Assembly (NCBI RefSeq): GCF_044324875.1
Contig: NZ_CP172185.1
Length of the DNA stretch: 64,000 nt
Origin: Escherichia coli
Lineage (GTDB): Bacteria; Pseudomonadota; Gammaproteobacteria; Enterobacterales; Enterobacteriaceae
Reading direction: 5' to 3' (one strand)
How positions within the stretch are numbered: position 1 is the first letter of the stretch; each line of letters starts with the position of its first letter. A program made the position numbers and the translations under genes. The notes under the pieces were generated by a model. It did not search any database, was not told where the DNA came from, and saw nothing but the letters and a program-made list of their open reading frames with translations. Positions 10,852-20,381 of the stretch are shown piece by piece.

Positions 10852-11033
10852 TATTTACCTCCACCAACAGACAGCTGTGTACGGTCGAGATATCGCGCCA
10901 CCAGCCACGACCAGAACAGGCACAACGCCCCGGCAACAACAAACCCCGCCGGGGGATAAATCAGCCAGGCACCATACGCCAGCAAAAGCGCCCCCAGCAC
11001 GCCCACCAGAGGCGCGAGAATCAGCATGATCAT
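10851..11033 (-). CDS. Small two-helix membrane protein
   Basis: 60-aa ORF with two hydrophobic segments between large terminase and portal. Confidence 0.35.
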   Translation of the reverse strand: MIMLILAPLVGVLGALLLAYGAWLIYPPAGFVVAGALCLFWSWLVARYLDRTQLSVGGGK

Positions 11034-11044
11034 AATTACCTCAG

Positions 11045-12778
11045 TTAAAGCGAGCGGATCCCATAGGACTCAATGTGGTCAGACAGCGTGTCTTCTTTCT
11101 CGTACAGCATGGCTCTGCCAACCGCCATAATCAGCGCAACTGCACCATCGATTTTGTTTTCCGCCTGCTCTTTGACGGGCTTCACCACATCATCGTTACC
11201 CGGAATGGTTTTGCCGACCACGTTGCCGATACACCAGGTCATGATGGGATTGCCATCATGATGAAAGCGCCCCGATTCAATTGCCGCTTCCAGCTCTTTC
11301 ATCGGGTCGGACATGTTGGTGTAGTTCTGAATGATAGTGATGGGGTTCAGGTCTTCATCAGCAAGGTCATGTGAGAGCCCGGTCGCCCCGAAGGGGTCGA
11401 TGGGTGACTCGCTGACCGGGCTGATTTTGTTCGCCGCTTTGGCCTCTTCGAGGATGTAGCGATAATCCACCTCCGCACCATCGGTAACGGTCAGAACGCC
11501 CATTTCCACCCATTTCTGAAAGCGTTCGGCTGTCCGGCGATCTTCATTTTTCTCGACGCTGTACACCGTGTCATACGGTACCCAGAAACGCGGGGCTACA
11601 CTGTAGTAATGCGTTTTACCGTCAATCTCGCGGGTATAAAGTCGCGCCATGCTGTTCATATCCAGTTTACGCGCCAGGTCAAAGGCCAGAATGCACGGCT
11701 GCCCCTCGAACTGCTCAAGGGACAGTGATTTATCCTCGCAGCTCTGCCAGCTCACCAGGTTGAAATACGCCGAACGCGCCGACACCCAGATATTGAGGTG
11801 TTTTGTTTTAAAGACGTTTGCCAGACGGGCGTTATTTTTCGCACGCTGCTGCTGACTTAACAAAAATTCGCGATAAACCGACACGCCAATATTTGGATTG
11901 GCTTTTTCCAGCACCTGCGGGTCGGTCCAGTCGTCACCTTCATCAACGGTATAGATGATCCCGAACAGTTCATCGTTAGGCACCGAGCCGTTGAGCATCT
12001 CGATGACTTCCCGCCGTTTGTCGTAGCACGGCCCCTCAATGTTGTACCCGGCGGCAGTGATAGCCCACATCAGTGGCTGACGTCGCGCCCCCATCCCGGT
12101 AAGCATCGTGGTGTAAAGCGCATCTGTGGCGTGCTCGTGATATTCATCCACCACCGCACAGTGGGGTGATGAACCATCACCGGGGTTACCGATCAGCGGT
12201 TCAAAACGCGCACCATCCTCCGGACGGTTCATGTTTGAGGCGTTAACCTCAATCCCGAACGCTTCCGTCAGCATGGGTGTGCGTTTACACATCAGTCTTG
12301 CCGGGCGAAAGACTTCCCATGCCTGTTTCTCTGTCGTGGCACCGGAATACACTTCCGCGCCGAACTCGTTATCACAGGCAAAACAATACAGGGCGACACC
12401 GGCAGAGATTGCCGATTTGCCGTTCTTACGGGGGATTTCGGTATACACCTCACGGAAGCGGCGCAGCCGGGAGCCTTTATTGACCCAGCCAAACGCGCAG
12501 CAGATCACAAAGAGCTGCCACGGCTCCAGCGTGATGGGCATCCTCTTAAATGCCCACTCACCCTTGGTGTGCGGCAACAGCTGAATAAATTTGGCGGCCC
12601 GTTCAGCCAGGTCCTTGTCGAAGCGGTAACGAAACGACTTACTTTTTTCCGCCATCAGGTCATCAAGATGGCGCTGGCAGGCCTGAATCACAAACTGGCA
12701 GGCCACAATCTTTCCGCGCACGACATCACGGGCATACTGATTGGCAGCATTTACGTTGGGGTAAGATTTCCGGCTCAT
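11045..12778 (-). CDS. Terminase large subunit
   Basis: 577-aa ORF with ATPase and nuclease regions, overlapping small terminase by 4 nt. Confidence 0.85.
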   Translation of the reverse strand: MSRKSYPNVNAANQYARDVVRGKIVACQFVIQACQRHLDDLMAEKSKSFRYRFDKDLAERAAKFIQLLPHTKGEWAFKRMPITLEPWQLFVICCAFGWVNKGSRLRRFREVYTEIPRKNGKSAISAGVALYCFACDNEFGAEVYSGATTEKQAWEVFRPARLMCKRTPMLTEAFGIEVNASNMNRPEDGARFEPLIGNPGDGSSPHCAVVDEYHEHATDALYTTMLTGMGARRQPLMWAITAAGYNIEGPCYDKRREVIEMLNGSVPNDELFGIIYTVDEGDDWTDPQVLEKANPNIGVSVYREFLLSQQQRAKNNARLANVFKTKHLNIWVSARSAYFNLVSWQSCEDKSLSLEQFEGQPCILAFDLARKLDMNSMARLYTREIDGKTHYYSVAPRFWVPYDTVYSVEKNEDRRTAERFQKWVEMGVLTVTDGAEVDYRYILEEAKAANKISPVSESPIDPFGATGLSHDLADEDLNPITIIQNYTNMSDPMKELEAAIESGRFHHDGNPIMTWCIGNVVGKTIPGNDDVVKPVKEQAENKIDGAVALIMAVGRAMLYEKEDTLSDHIESYGIRSL

Positions 12779-13278
12779 GATTCGATGATTTTCAGAAACG
12801 GGTTAGTGGTTTTCTTCTGCCCCGCCAGGCCAATCAGACGCTGACGGCTGCTGGGGTCGAGTCCGAGCATTGCCCCCGTGCTGCTCATCTCGGACTCCTG
12901 TTCTTTTTTGGCGGTCAGCTCCGGATTTTTGACCATGCCGCCCATTGCACCGGTGATGGTGTTGCCCTGTCTGGCAATATTTTTCACGGCACGTCGCCAG
13001 AACTCGTAGGCCACGCACCACCGCTCAAGCACCGCGAGGTCAGTCACGCACAGCAGGCCCTGACCGCAGAGTTCTTTAGTTGTCAGTTGCCACATGATCG
13101 TAGCGAGAGGGAGATCTTCTTCAGCGAACCACTCCGGTGGCTCAACACCTTTGATGGGCGTAAAAACAGGTTCATCTTTATTCAGGGCTCGCTTGCCGGG
13201 GTTTCCGGCCAGCGCCTTGCGCGCCGTTGGCTTGGGGCGACGCCCGGAACGCCCCGCCGTTCCAGCCATATGCGGCAC
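12775..13278 (-). CDS. Terminase small subunit (P27 family-like)
   Basis: 167-aa ORF immediately upstream of large terminase. Confidence 0.65.
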   Translation of the reverse strand: MPHMAGTAGRSGRRPKPTARKALAGNPGKRALNKDEPVFTPIKGVEPPEWFAEEDLPLATIMWQLTTKELCGQGLLCVTDLAVLERWCVAYEFWRRAVKNIARQGNTITGAMGGMVKNPELTAKKEQESEMSSTGAMLGLDPSSRQRLIGLAGQKKTTNPFLKIIES

Positions 13279-13394
13279 TCCTGGTTAAATTTCATTTTTC
13301 GCGGGTATAAAAAAACGATGGGGCGGGCAGTCCGGAAGACGTCAGGTCACAGAGATTTGACCCGCCCCTCCCCTCAGACAGTTGAGAGTTATTA
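13279..13394. other. Putative cos / packaging recognition region
   Basis: Inverted repeat GGGGCGGGC...GCCCGCCCC at about 13321-13370 between HNH endonuclease and small terminase. Confidence 0.3.
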
Positions 13395-13745
13395 TCACTT
13401 AAGCCGTTCACGGGCCGTCTTCGCCTTATGGCACGGCCAGCACAGACTCTGCATATTACTGTCGGCATCAGTGCCACCATGTGCTTTAGGGATGATGTGG
13501 TCAACGGTTTTCGCTTCACGCGCCACACCAGCACGCAGACATAACTGACACAGGCCTTTGTCACGTTGCAGCACACGCACACGGATAACATCCCACTTAG
13601 AACCATAACCGCGCTGATGACGGGATTGTCCAGGTTTGTATTGCTTCCAGCCTTCGCTTTTGTGGCTTTCGCAGTAGCCTGAAGGGTCCGTGGTTGTAGA
13701 GCGGCAGCCGCGAACACGGCAGGCTTTTGGGGTTCGTGGGGGCAT
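13395..13745 (-). CDS. HNH endonuclease (packaging-associated)
   Basis: 116-aa ORF, Cys-rich zinc-finger pattern and HNH catalytic core (DHIIPKAHGGTD...CHPCH-like). Confidence 0.85.
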   Translation of the reverse strand: MPPRTPKACRVRGCRSTTTDPSGYCESHKSEGWKQYKPGQSRHQRGYGSKWDVIRVRVLQRDKGLCQLCLRAGVAREAKTVDHIIPKAHGGTDADSNMQSLCWPCHKAKTARERLK

Positions 13746-13876
13746 CCAATCACCTCTTAAATTATTACTATAGTTCTATCTATAACTTCGCAAATAAAAA
13801 TACCGGAGAACTAATCATCAAAAAAGATAATTAGTTCAACCAGCATTAATAATATGGAATATCCAGACAATCTATT

Positions 13877-14332
13877 TCATTTTAAATCTATATATAACAT
13901 TTTCCCTGCAAGCAAGGCCAATTCTGATTTAAAACCCTTTCCGGCCAAGAAAGCCATTTGAAGTTCTCGTAAATTATCCATGGTTTTAGAAATATCATCA
14001 TTTGAGTTAGATGATAGATAAATATTGCACCTAGATTGCAATTCATTAAAGGCTCTGATAATCAACTTTCTATTAACATAACCTTCATCATTTTCTAAAT
14101 TCTTTGGCATAGAAATCAAAGTATTATTATACTCAATGATAGCATCCATCAATTTCAATTTTTTGTCTTCATTATACTGTTTTTTCCATTGCCCTAATGC
14201 GAGAAAACCCACAATCCCTGCGAACAAAGTAACTCCAATACTCGCCAGACTCACAAGAGCAGAAAATTTAGCCCAAAATGCAGCATCTCTGTTAGCTACA
14301 AGAGTTTCATAAGCAATATAAGTAGCGTCCAT
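13877..14332 (-). CDS. Hypothetical single-pass membrane protein (AT-rich cargo)
   Basis: 151-aa ORF with one hydrophobic helix, very AT-rich, in bor-equivalent moron position. Confidence 0.45.
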   Translation of the reverse strand: MDATYIAYETLVANRDAAFWAKFSALVSLASIGVTLFAGIVGFLALGQWKKQYNEDKKLKLMDAIIEYNNTLISMPKNLENDEGYVNRKLIIRAFNELQSRCNIYLSSNSNDDISKTMDNLRELQMAFLAGKGFKSELALLAGKMLYIDLK

Positions 14333-14448
14333 TTACACCTCACTTTATTTTAGAGGTGATTATAGCAAATTACATTCAATCAGGGCTGTACAGTTTTTTA
14401 TCAATTATACTTCGCCATCTCGCTATTATATAACAATATCTTTACATA

Positions 14449-15078
14449 TTGATGGCGTGCCAGCACAATACTGTCACGTACAACCATTCGGATTACTCAG
14501 AGAAAAGTATGATTCAGGATTTACTGATCGAAGCAATTAGTCACGATAGGATGCATAAAAAGTTAAATGAACTGAATTGCTACTTCTACAATCGCAAACA
14601 TGAAACACAAATACGTGATGAGTTAGTTGTTATAATCAATCAAATCAGCACACTAACTGCTTTAAGTGAGCATCCAAAACTCGGTATCGGCGCTGTTGAC
14701 ATATCACTTTATAACCAGTCGATATTGACGCCTGAACATAATGGCAATGTTGCAACCATCGAGATAAAACATCATTACCCAAAAGATTTGCTTTATCGGC
14801 AGGTTCAAGAAGATATCACTTCCGATATTTCAAGAGTAATAGTTTCACCAACTACACACTTTATCCATATAATCCAGCAAAGAACCAGAATTAAAACTCC
14901 TTCTTTTGGTCAAGTGAAATTCCTTGAACGTGATGCAAGTGATATCAGCACTTATGTGCAATATCTTGAGGAGCTAAGTTCATTTCCCAGTAATTTTCAT
15001 AAAAAAAGTGTATGTATTGAGGTAATTGGTGAAATTATGTCGACATATACCTTTAACGTATATTCATTTGACAACTGA
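14449..15078 (+). CDS. Hypothetical protein (AT-rich cargo, opposite to late genes)
   Basis: 209-aa ORF, AT-rich, divergent from 13877-14332; true start may be internal Met near 14509. Confidence 0.45.
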   Translation: MMACQHNTVTYNHSDYSEKSMIQDLLIEAISHDRMHKKLNELNCYFYNRKHETQIRDELVVIINQISTLTALSEHPKLGIGAVDISLYNQSILTPEHNGNVATIEIKHHYPKDLLYRQVQEDITSDISRVIVSPTTHFIHIIQQRTRIKTPSFGQVKFLERDASDISTYVQYLEELSSFPSNFHKKSVCIEVIGEIMSTYTFNVYSFDN

Positions 15079-15099
15079 TTAAACTGTCAATTTTATTGC

Positions 15100-15357
15100 T
15101 TAATGGTTAGTTCTCTCTGAATCTATTTTACGAATGTCAGCTTTATCTCGATTGCAGTTAGCCAGCGCAGACAACAGACTCACATTCAACTCCAGACTAG
15201 CACCATACGTCAGCGGATTAGGTATAAACGGTACAGGAGTATCAGAAGTCAGGCTGGCTGGCAGTGGTGCCACCGGAGCGCTCACGTAAACCGTCCGCGA
15301 ATTTCCGCAACCGGTCAGCAGCGGCAGCAGGCACATGACGTGAAGCACAATCATCAT
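15100..15357 (-). CDS. Rz1: Rz1-type outer-membrane lipoprotein spanin (o-spanin)
   Basis: Lipobox LLTGC and proline-rich tail in alternative frame overlapping 3' end of Rz. Confidence 0.6.
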   Translation of the reverse strand: MMIVLHVMCLLPLLTGCGNSRTVYVSAPVAPLPASLTSDTPVPFIPNPLTYGASLELNVSLLSALANCNRDKADIRKIDSERTNH

Positions 15358-15634
15358 CCGTAACAGCCACTTTGATATCTTCCTGGGTTCTCTGTGACTC
15401 CAGTGCGATCTGCTGTTTTGCATGCTGGTTAGCCTCCAGAACTGTATTGACGATTTGTAGTGATTGCAGGACGTTATTGGTAATGGCAGTTGCTGATTCA
15501 GCATTTCGTACAGCCTCATCAGCACGTTTCTTTTCGTACTGATATTTGCTGTAGTAGTGGTTGGCTGACCAGATGAAAGAACCAATGACAGTAACGAAGA
15601 AAGCAGCGATAACCAGCTTATAGCTCAACTTCAT
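15242..15634 (-). CDS. Rz: Rz-type inner-membrane spanin (i-spanin)
   Basis: 130-aa ORF with N-terminal TM helix and coiled coil, directly after endolysin. Confidence 0.7.
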   Translation of the reverse strand: MKLSYKLVIAAFFVTVIGSFIWSANHYYSKYQYEKKRADEAVRNAESATAITNNVLQSLQIVNTVLEANQHAKQQIALESQRTQEDIKVAVTDDDCASRHVPAAAADRLRKFADGLRERSGGTTASQPDF

Positions 15635-16094
15635 TTACCACCCCACCAGCCTCTTTAAACCGGGCAATCAGGTCACCGATTTTATGTTCATACTGACCGT
15701 AACCAGCACCCGGCAGTGAAGCCCAGATATTGCTGCAACGGTCGATTGCCTGACGGATATCACCGCGATCAATCATCGGTAAAGCGCCACGCTCTTTAAT
15801 CTGCTGCAGAGCTACAGCGTCCTGGCTTTCTGGAGAAAAATCTTTCAGGCCAAGCTGTTTACGGTAAGCATCCCACCAGCGTGAAAGAAGCTGGTAACGT
15901 CCGGCGGCTGTTGATTTGAGTTTGGGGTTTAGCGTGACAAGTTTGCGAGGGTGATCGGAGTAATCAGTGAACAGTTCACCACCAACAATAACATCATAAC
16001 CGTGGTTACGTGTCGGTTGTCGCCCGTTATCCGTTCCTTCTGACCATGCCACCATATCGAGGAAAGCTTTACGCTGGGAATTTAGTACCTGCAT
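15618..16094 (-). CDS. R: Endolysin, lambda R-type lytic transglycosylase
   Basis: 158-aa ORF near-identical over most of its length to recalled lambda R (NQRKAFLDM...AWSEGTDNGRQ...). Confidence 0.9.
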   Translation of the reverse strand: MQVLNSQRKAFLDMVAWSEGTDNGRQPTRNHGYDVIVGGELFTDYSDHPRKLVTLNPKLKSTAAGRYQLLSRWWDAYRKQLGLKDFSPESQDAVALQQIKERGALPMIDRGDIRQAIDRCSNIWASLPGAGYGQYEHKIGDLIARFKEAGGVVNEVEL

Positions 16095-16097
16095 AAA

Positions 16098-16424
16098 TTA
16101 CTCCTTAGAGCCACCAAACTTATTACCGATTACTCTCATTGCAGCCCCACGAATAGCATCGACACCGATCAGCCCCACCCCACCACCAATGGCAACAGAA
16201 AGCGATTTAGGCCATCCGACATACTCAAGAGCGGATGCAAAAGTCAGCGTCAGAGCGCCACAGAGTAGAATTTCGAGTGTTTTTCGCTTCCAGCCACCAC
16301 CACCGCCAAAATAGGCAATGCGCAAGCCAGCCATAACGATCGACATAATCACTGCGCCCAGTGGTGTGTCTCCACGCCACCAGCTCTGGACCAACTCCAG
16401 CCAGGTATTTGGGTTATGAGGCAT
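16098..16424 (-). CDS. S: Holin, lambda S-like class I
   Basis: 108-aa ORF with three hydrophobic segments and charged C-terminus, immediately upstream of R. Confidence 0.75.
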   Translation of the reverse strand: MPHNPNTWLELVQSWWRGDTPLGAVIMSIVMAGLRIAYFGGGGGWKRKTLEILLCGALTLTFASALEYVGWPKSLSVAIGGGVGLIGVDAIRGAAMRVIGNKFGGSKE

Positions 16425-16564
16425 TTGTAGTTATCTCTCACCTCGCCGATACAGGAGGTGCAAATTGAGGGAGTACCACGAACCGCAAACCAGAAGCGGA
16501 AACGTAAAAGAAGCCGAGCCAATGGATAAGTACTAGATAGACCAAGCCCAACGAATACCAAGGC

Positions 16565-16598
16565 CCAGAAATGACAAAACCCGCTCGACGGCGGGTTT
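16565..16598 (-). terminator. Intrinsic terminator upstream of holin (tR'-like)
   Basis: Hairpin AAACCCGC-cgtcga-GCGGGTTT followed by T-rich tract on minus strand. Confidence 0.5.
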
Positions 16599-16755
16599 AA
16601 GCTGTGTGGCAAAGTAACCACTCTTAACACGATATAATACTTTTTGCGTACGCGTTAACTTTTTCTGTAGTATTTAGTGTAAGATTCTTCACAAGATAGA
16701 TACTTTGGAGTACATGATGTAAAGTGCTGTATGCATAAACAGTACAAAGGATATC

Positions 16756-17277
16756 ATGATGAACAAATTAGCACGCTTATTATTAACAGCCAGCTCAATT
16801 GCACCTGTTTGCGCAACTCTATTTTTTATTGGATATGTAAAAGATACGGTTTGGCTGATGCAATATAGCTTATGCGTTGGCATAGCAAGTTGGTTATTAG
16901 CAATAGGCCTGATTCAATATGCTGAGAAACAACTTGAACCTCTGACAAAAAATATTAGTTCAGTTTCTCCCGCTAACAAAGAAGTAACTAATTATTTCTT
17001 AAGCTATTTATTCCCTCTCCTAGGAACAGATTCTATTGCTGAAAATAAAGCATATGCGTTATTCTTTTATTTATCATTGTTATTTTACATCAGCTTTTCC
17101 GAGAACTATAACTTTAACCCAGTATTGTCACTTATCGGTTATAAATTTTACGAAGCTGAAGATGACACCGGCGTAGGTTTTGTATTGATTTCTAAATCAG
17201 TTATTACTGATATTAAAGATATCAAATTTACAGTTATTCAATTAACAGACTACACATTTCTACATGTTAAAGGATAA
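16756..17277 (+). CDS. Multi-pass membrane protein, first gene of AT-rich cargo cassette
   Basis: 173-aa ORF with 3-4 hydrophobic helices, AAGGA ribosome-binding site, opposite strand to flanking late genes. Confidence 0.6.
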   Translation: MMNKLARLLLTASSIAPVCATLFFIGYVKDTVWLMQYSLCVGIASWLLAIGLIQYAEKQLEPLTKNISSVSPANKEVTNYFLSYLFPLLGTDSIAENKAYALFFYLSLLFYISFSENYNFNPVLSLIGYKFYEAEDDTGVGFVLISKSVITDIKDIKFTVIQLTDYTFLHVKG

Positions 17278-17282
17278 TAACC

Positions 17283-18167
17283 ATGGCACTTTTTGCAGTA
17301 ATAGATAATACAATTGCAACGAGAATTGTTAGAGTCGAACTTGATGCAACAGCAAGTACTTCTGTTACGGCCATTTTCCAACAACAGCGTCAATATTTTG
17401 AAAGTCATCATAACAATATGATACCATTCTATGCCGGTTATACACCAAAACATAGTGAGTGTTTTGAAATACAAAACTTTACTGATTCTGCACGCCTGAT
17501 TGACGCAGTCAATAGGCCTACCGCCGTGCCTATCTGGGATCCTAGCCAAATTGATATTGGTTATATTAAAGCATTATTTGTTGGTGTTGACGCGCCAGCA
17601 AACCCCAATATTATTGCACTACAAACTTTCAACAAAAAACAAATCTTAGATACCTCAAAATCATTCTTTGGAAAGCTTTTTGCAAGCAAAACTACCTTTA
17701 GTAAAGCTAATAGCATCGGTTTTAATGTTGATGATAAACTAGTTGCAATAATTATCAATGATACAATACGATTTAAGAGTTTCTTTAATCTAAGAAGCAT
17801 TTTTGACATGTCGTCCTATTTTTCTGCTGCTACTGACCAAGAACTTAATGCATTTAGTCAACTTAGTGTATTTTCTACTCCCCAAGGTTTTGATCTAAAA
17901 TCCGTTGCAGATACAGTGATAAGAAATAAAGTAACACTAATAAATCAGACTGGGATGCTAACACCCCAAAATATGTCAAAGTTTAAATCCGAAGCTGCTA
18001 AAGTTAATTTCCCCTTACAAACCATAATAGTTGGCGGTGTTGAGAAAATTGTCATGCCTTCATCAAAAAAAGAAATAAAAGCCCTTCTTGACTTTCTTGA
18101 GGAAGACATTTGGGTTTCTGGAATAAGTGGAAGACGCTTTAAATCGAATTCAAAGCGCCCAATATAA
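17283..18167 (+). CDS. Hypothetical soluble protein, second gene of cargo cassette
   Basis: 294-aa ORF starting 5 nt after the preceding stop with its own AAAGGA ribosome-binding site; AT-rich. Confidence 0.6.
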   Translation: MALFAVIDNTIATRIVRVELDATASTSVTAIFQQQRQYFESHHNNMIPFYAGYTPKHSECFEIQNFTDSARLIDAVNRPTAVPIWDPSQIDIGYIKALFVGVDAPANPNIIALQTFNKKQILDTSKSFFGKLFASKTTFSKANSIGFNVDDKLVAIIINDTIRFKSFFNLRSIFDMSSYFSAATDQELNAFSQLSVFSTPQGFDLKSVADTVIRNKVTLINQTGMLTPQNMSKFKSEAAKVNFPLQTIIVGGVEKIVMPSSKKEIKALLDFLEEDIWVSGISGRRFKSNSKRPI

Positions 18168-18188
18168 CTAGAAGACAGTTAAGAATAG

Positions 18189-18551
18189 TTAACAGGCAAG
18201 AGTGCAAACAATGCCTTCAATGAAACCAAGCGATGTTTGCAACTCTTTCCTGATAGTCCCATCCGAACACTTTCTCTTCTTAGCAATGGCTCGCAATGAA
18301 ATCCCTACCACAAAATGGGCTATAACTAACTCATACTCTTCTGGTTTGTACTTTCTTAATCTAGCTACGCACCCATCGATCATGAGCCCCTCATCATCAT
18401 CACACTGAATCCGGGACTTTTTGCCATGAGGTAAAAGCCCCTTGAAGCCAGCGGCTACCGGTTGCCAGTCCACTCCGCTATTGTCTGAAGCAGCCCAAGC
18501 TCCCCAACGATCCATCACTTCATACATATCACGCATCAACTTTCTCCACAA
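18189..18551 (-). CDS. Late-gene antiterminator Q (DLP12 QuuD-like); start probably at Met 18533
   Basis: ORF shares the WGAWAA...AAGFKGL...CSDG pattern of the small Q family as recalled. Confidence 0.75.
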   Translation of the reverse strand: MWRKLMRDMYEVMDRWGAWAASDNSGVDWQPVAAGFKGLLPHGKKSRIQCDDDEGLMIDGCVARLRKYKPEEYELVIAHFVVGISLRAIAKKRKCSDGTIRKELQTSLGFIEGIVCTLAC

Positions 18552-18553
18552 AA

Positions 18554-19549
18554 TCAGGCCAGTACGCCAATTGCCAGCGCACGATCGATAAAACGAAATA
18601 TCAGCTCCAGCTGAGAGCCATACTTCTCTTCAAATGCCACGGTATCCGCATGCAGCTCGTCGTGATGCTTTCTGCACAAAGGCAACACAAAGAGGTCATG
18701 CGCTTTTGTACCCATTCCACCCTGACCGTGGCCTATCAGATGGTGGGGATCATCAGCAGGCTTTCCACAACATGCACACGGCTGTGTCTTAACCCAGCGC
18801 GTGTACTTTTCATTAACCCAGCGGCGGCTTTTTGGGCGTAACATAAAAGACTCCGGCGACTCCGGATCCACTTTCAGCGCCAGCACCTTTTTCGCTTTAT
18901 CCAGGATGATGCTGGTGGCAGGAACCGAAGGCACAAGGTCACTTTCCCGGGTGACAGACGGCACAACAGGTTTCGGTAATCTCAGCGCCTTACGGGCTGC
19001 GCTTTCAGGTAAGGCATCCGCCAGGTCATTACGAATCAGCCACCAGCACAGTTCCGGCATTGTCACGGCATGGTTATCATCAGAATCGAGATCCCGACGG
19101 ACTACAGACAACACCCAACGGGCACAGTTATCCGTTGCCATTGATTCCAGCCGCTCCGTGAACTGATCACGTAACTGATTATCGCAGTGCCAGCACAGAC
19201 GGATTGCACCCGGCGCGTGTCGCATTGTGGTCATGTTCTCGCTGTGCCAGTCGGAATGAGGCCACTGGCAGCCTTTTTCACGAAGTAACCAGCTTTCAAG
19301 ACATTCCAACCCACCAGCACGACGAATCACTGCCTCATTACGGAACACGGCCCGAACGGCAGGATCATCCGCCAGCGGTTGTGATGCCGCCGGAACGGCA
19401 CCACTGGCGAAAGATGAATAACGTTCCGGCTCAGGCTCCAGCAGGACACGCCCCTGCATAAACAGGGGCATCAGCTCTGAACCTGGCCTGAACAATACGA
19501 TCCCCATACGCGGGGCAATTTCAGGGGTCAGTAGCGCTCTCACGGTCAC
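18554..19549 (-). CDS. DUF968-family prophage protein
   Basis: 331-aa ORF with C-terminal Cys/His cluster CACCGKP...HHLIGHGQGGMG typical of this prophage family. Confidence 0.6.
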   Translation of the reverse strand: MTVRALLTPEIAPRMGIVLFRPGSELMPLFMQGRVLLEPEPERYSSFASGAVPAASQPLADDPAVRAVFRNEAVIRRAGGLECLESWLLREKGCQWPHSDWHSENMTTMRHAPGAIRLCWHCDNQLRDQFTERLESMATDNCARWVLSVVRRDLDSDDNHAVTMPELCWWLIRNDLADALPESAARKALRLPKPVVPSVTRESDLVPSVPATSIILDKAKKVLALKVDPESPESFMLRPKSRRWVNEKYTRWVKTQPCACCGKPADDPHHLIGHGQGGMGTKAHDLFVLPLCRKHHDELHADTVAFEEKYGSQLELIFRFIDRALAIGVLA

Positions 19550-19550
19550 C

Positions 19551-20381
19551 TCAATGAACGGTATCGAGCAGCTTTAACAGCTCAGGGAACCGGGATTCGA
19601 AGAAATGCGGCTGCGTCTCGCGCGGATTTGCGGGACTGGTGATGTTCTTGCCGAACATGCAGCCTTTCGCCGTCAGCGACCAGAATTTTTTGATGTTGTT
19701 AATCGCAGTGCGGCTGTATCGTTCACGTTGTTCAACGATCCCCAGCTTCGCCATCTGGTGATATGCCTGATTAGCTGTCAGGCGGATACCATACTGCTTC
19801 AGCAGTGCACTCAGTGACAGCGTGGGGCGGCTTGAGCCATCAGGCGCGTCAGCAGGAGCATCAATGGCATAGCGCGGTGCCAGATTCGGTAAGCCAACAG
19901 CCTCCTGGAGTTTCTGACAGGCACCAAGCACTGAAGAGTTAGACAGGTTTAATTCCCGGCGCATAAAGTCCAGCAGAATCACACCAGCCTGCATCTTGTC
20001 AGCAGCCTGTCCGGATAATTTTTCCGGTGCGCTGGTTACCATGTCGAAAGTACGGATCACCTTCAGATGGAATGACGGGCTTATCCACATTGCATAGGCA
20101 TACACCAGTTCTTTGCAGACATACGTCCCCTGGTTATTTCCGCCACGAATAACGTTAACTGGCTCTATATTGACCGAGTTGCAAATCTGCAACTCGCTTA
20201 TTAAACGTTCAGTTTGCTCATTGCGGAGCCAGAATGCAGGCTTATGCTTATCCAGAGAACCGGCAGCCCTGTGCAGATCGTTCAGGCTGTAACGACCATA
20301 AGCATCACGACGAACTTCAATACCATCAATGACCATCAGATTATTCATACTTCGTTTCTCCTCTTGATCAGGCGGCTGCAC
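19551..20381 (-). CDS. KilA-N domain protein
   Basis: N-terminal VIDGIEVRRDAYGRYSLNDLHRAAG motif of the KilA-N DNA-binding domain. Confidence 0.7.
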   Translation of the reverse strand: MQPPDQEEKRSMNNLMVIDGIEVRRDAYGRYSLNDLHRAAGSLDKHKPAFWLRNEQTERLISELQICNSVNIEPVNVIRGGNNQGTYVCKELVYAYAMWISPSFHLKVIRTFDMVTSAPEKLSGQAADKMQAGVILLDFMRRELNLSNSSVLGACQKLQEAVGLPNLAPRYAIDAPADAPDGSSRPTLSLSALLKQYGIRLTANQAYHQMAKLGIVEQRERYSRTAINNIKKFWSLTAKGCMFGKNITSPANPRETQPHFFESRFPELLKLLDTVH

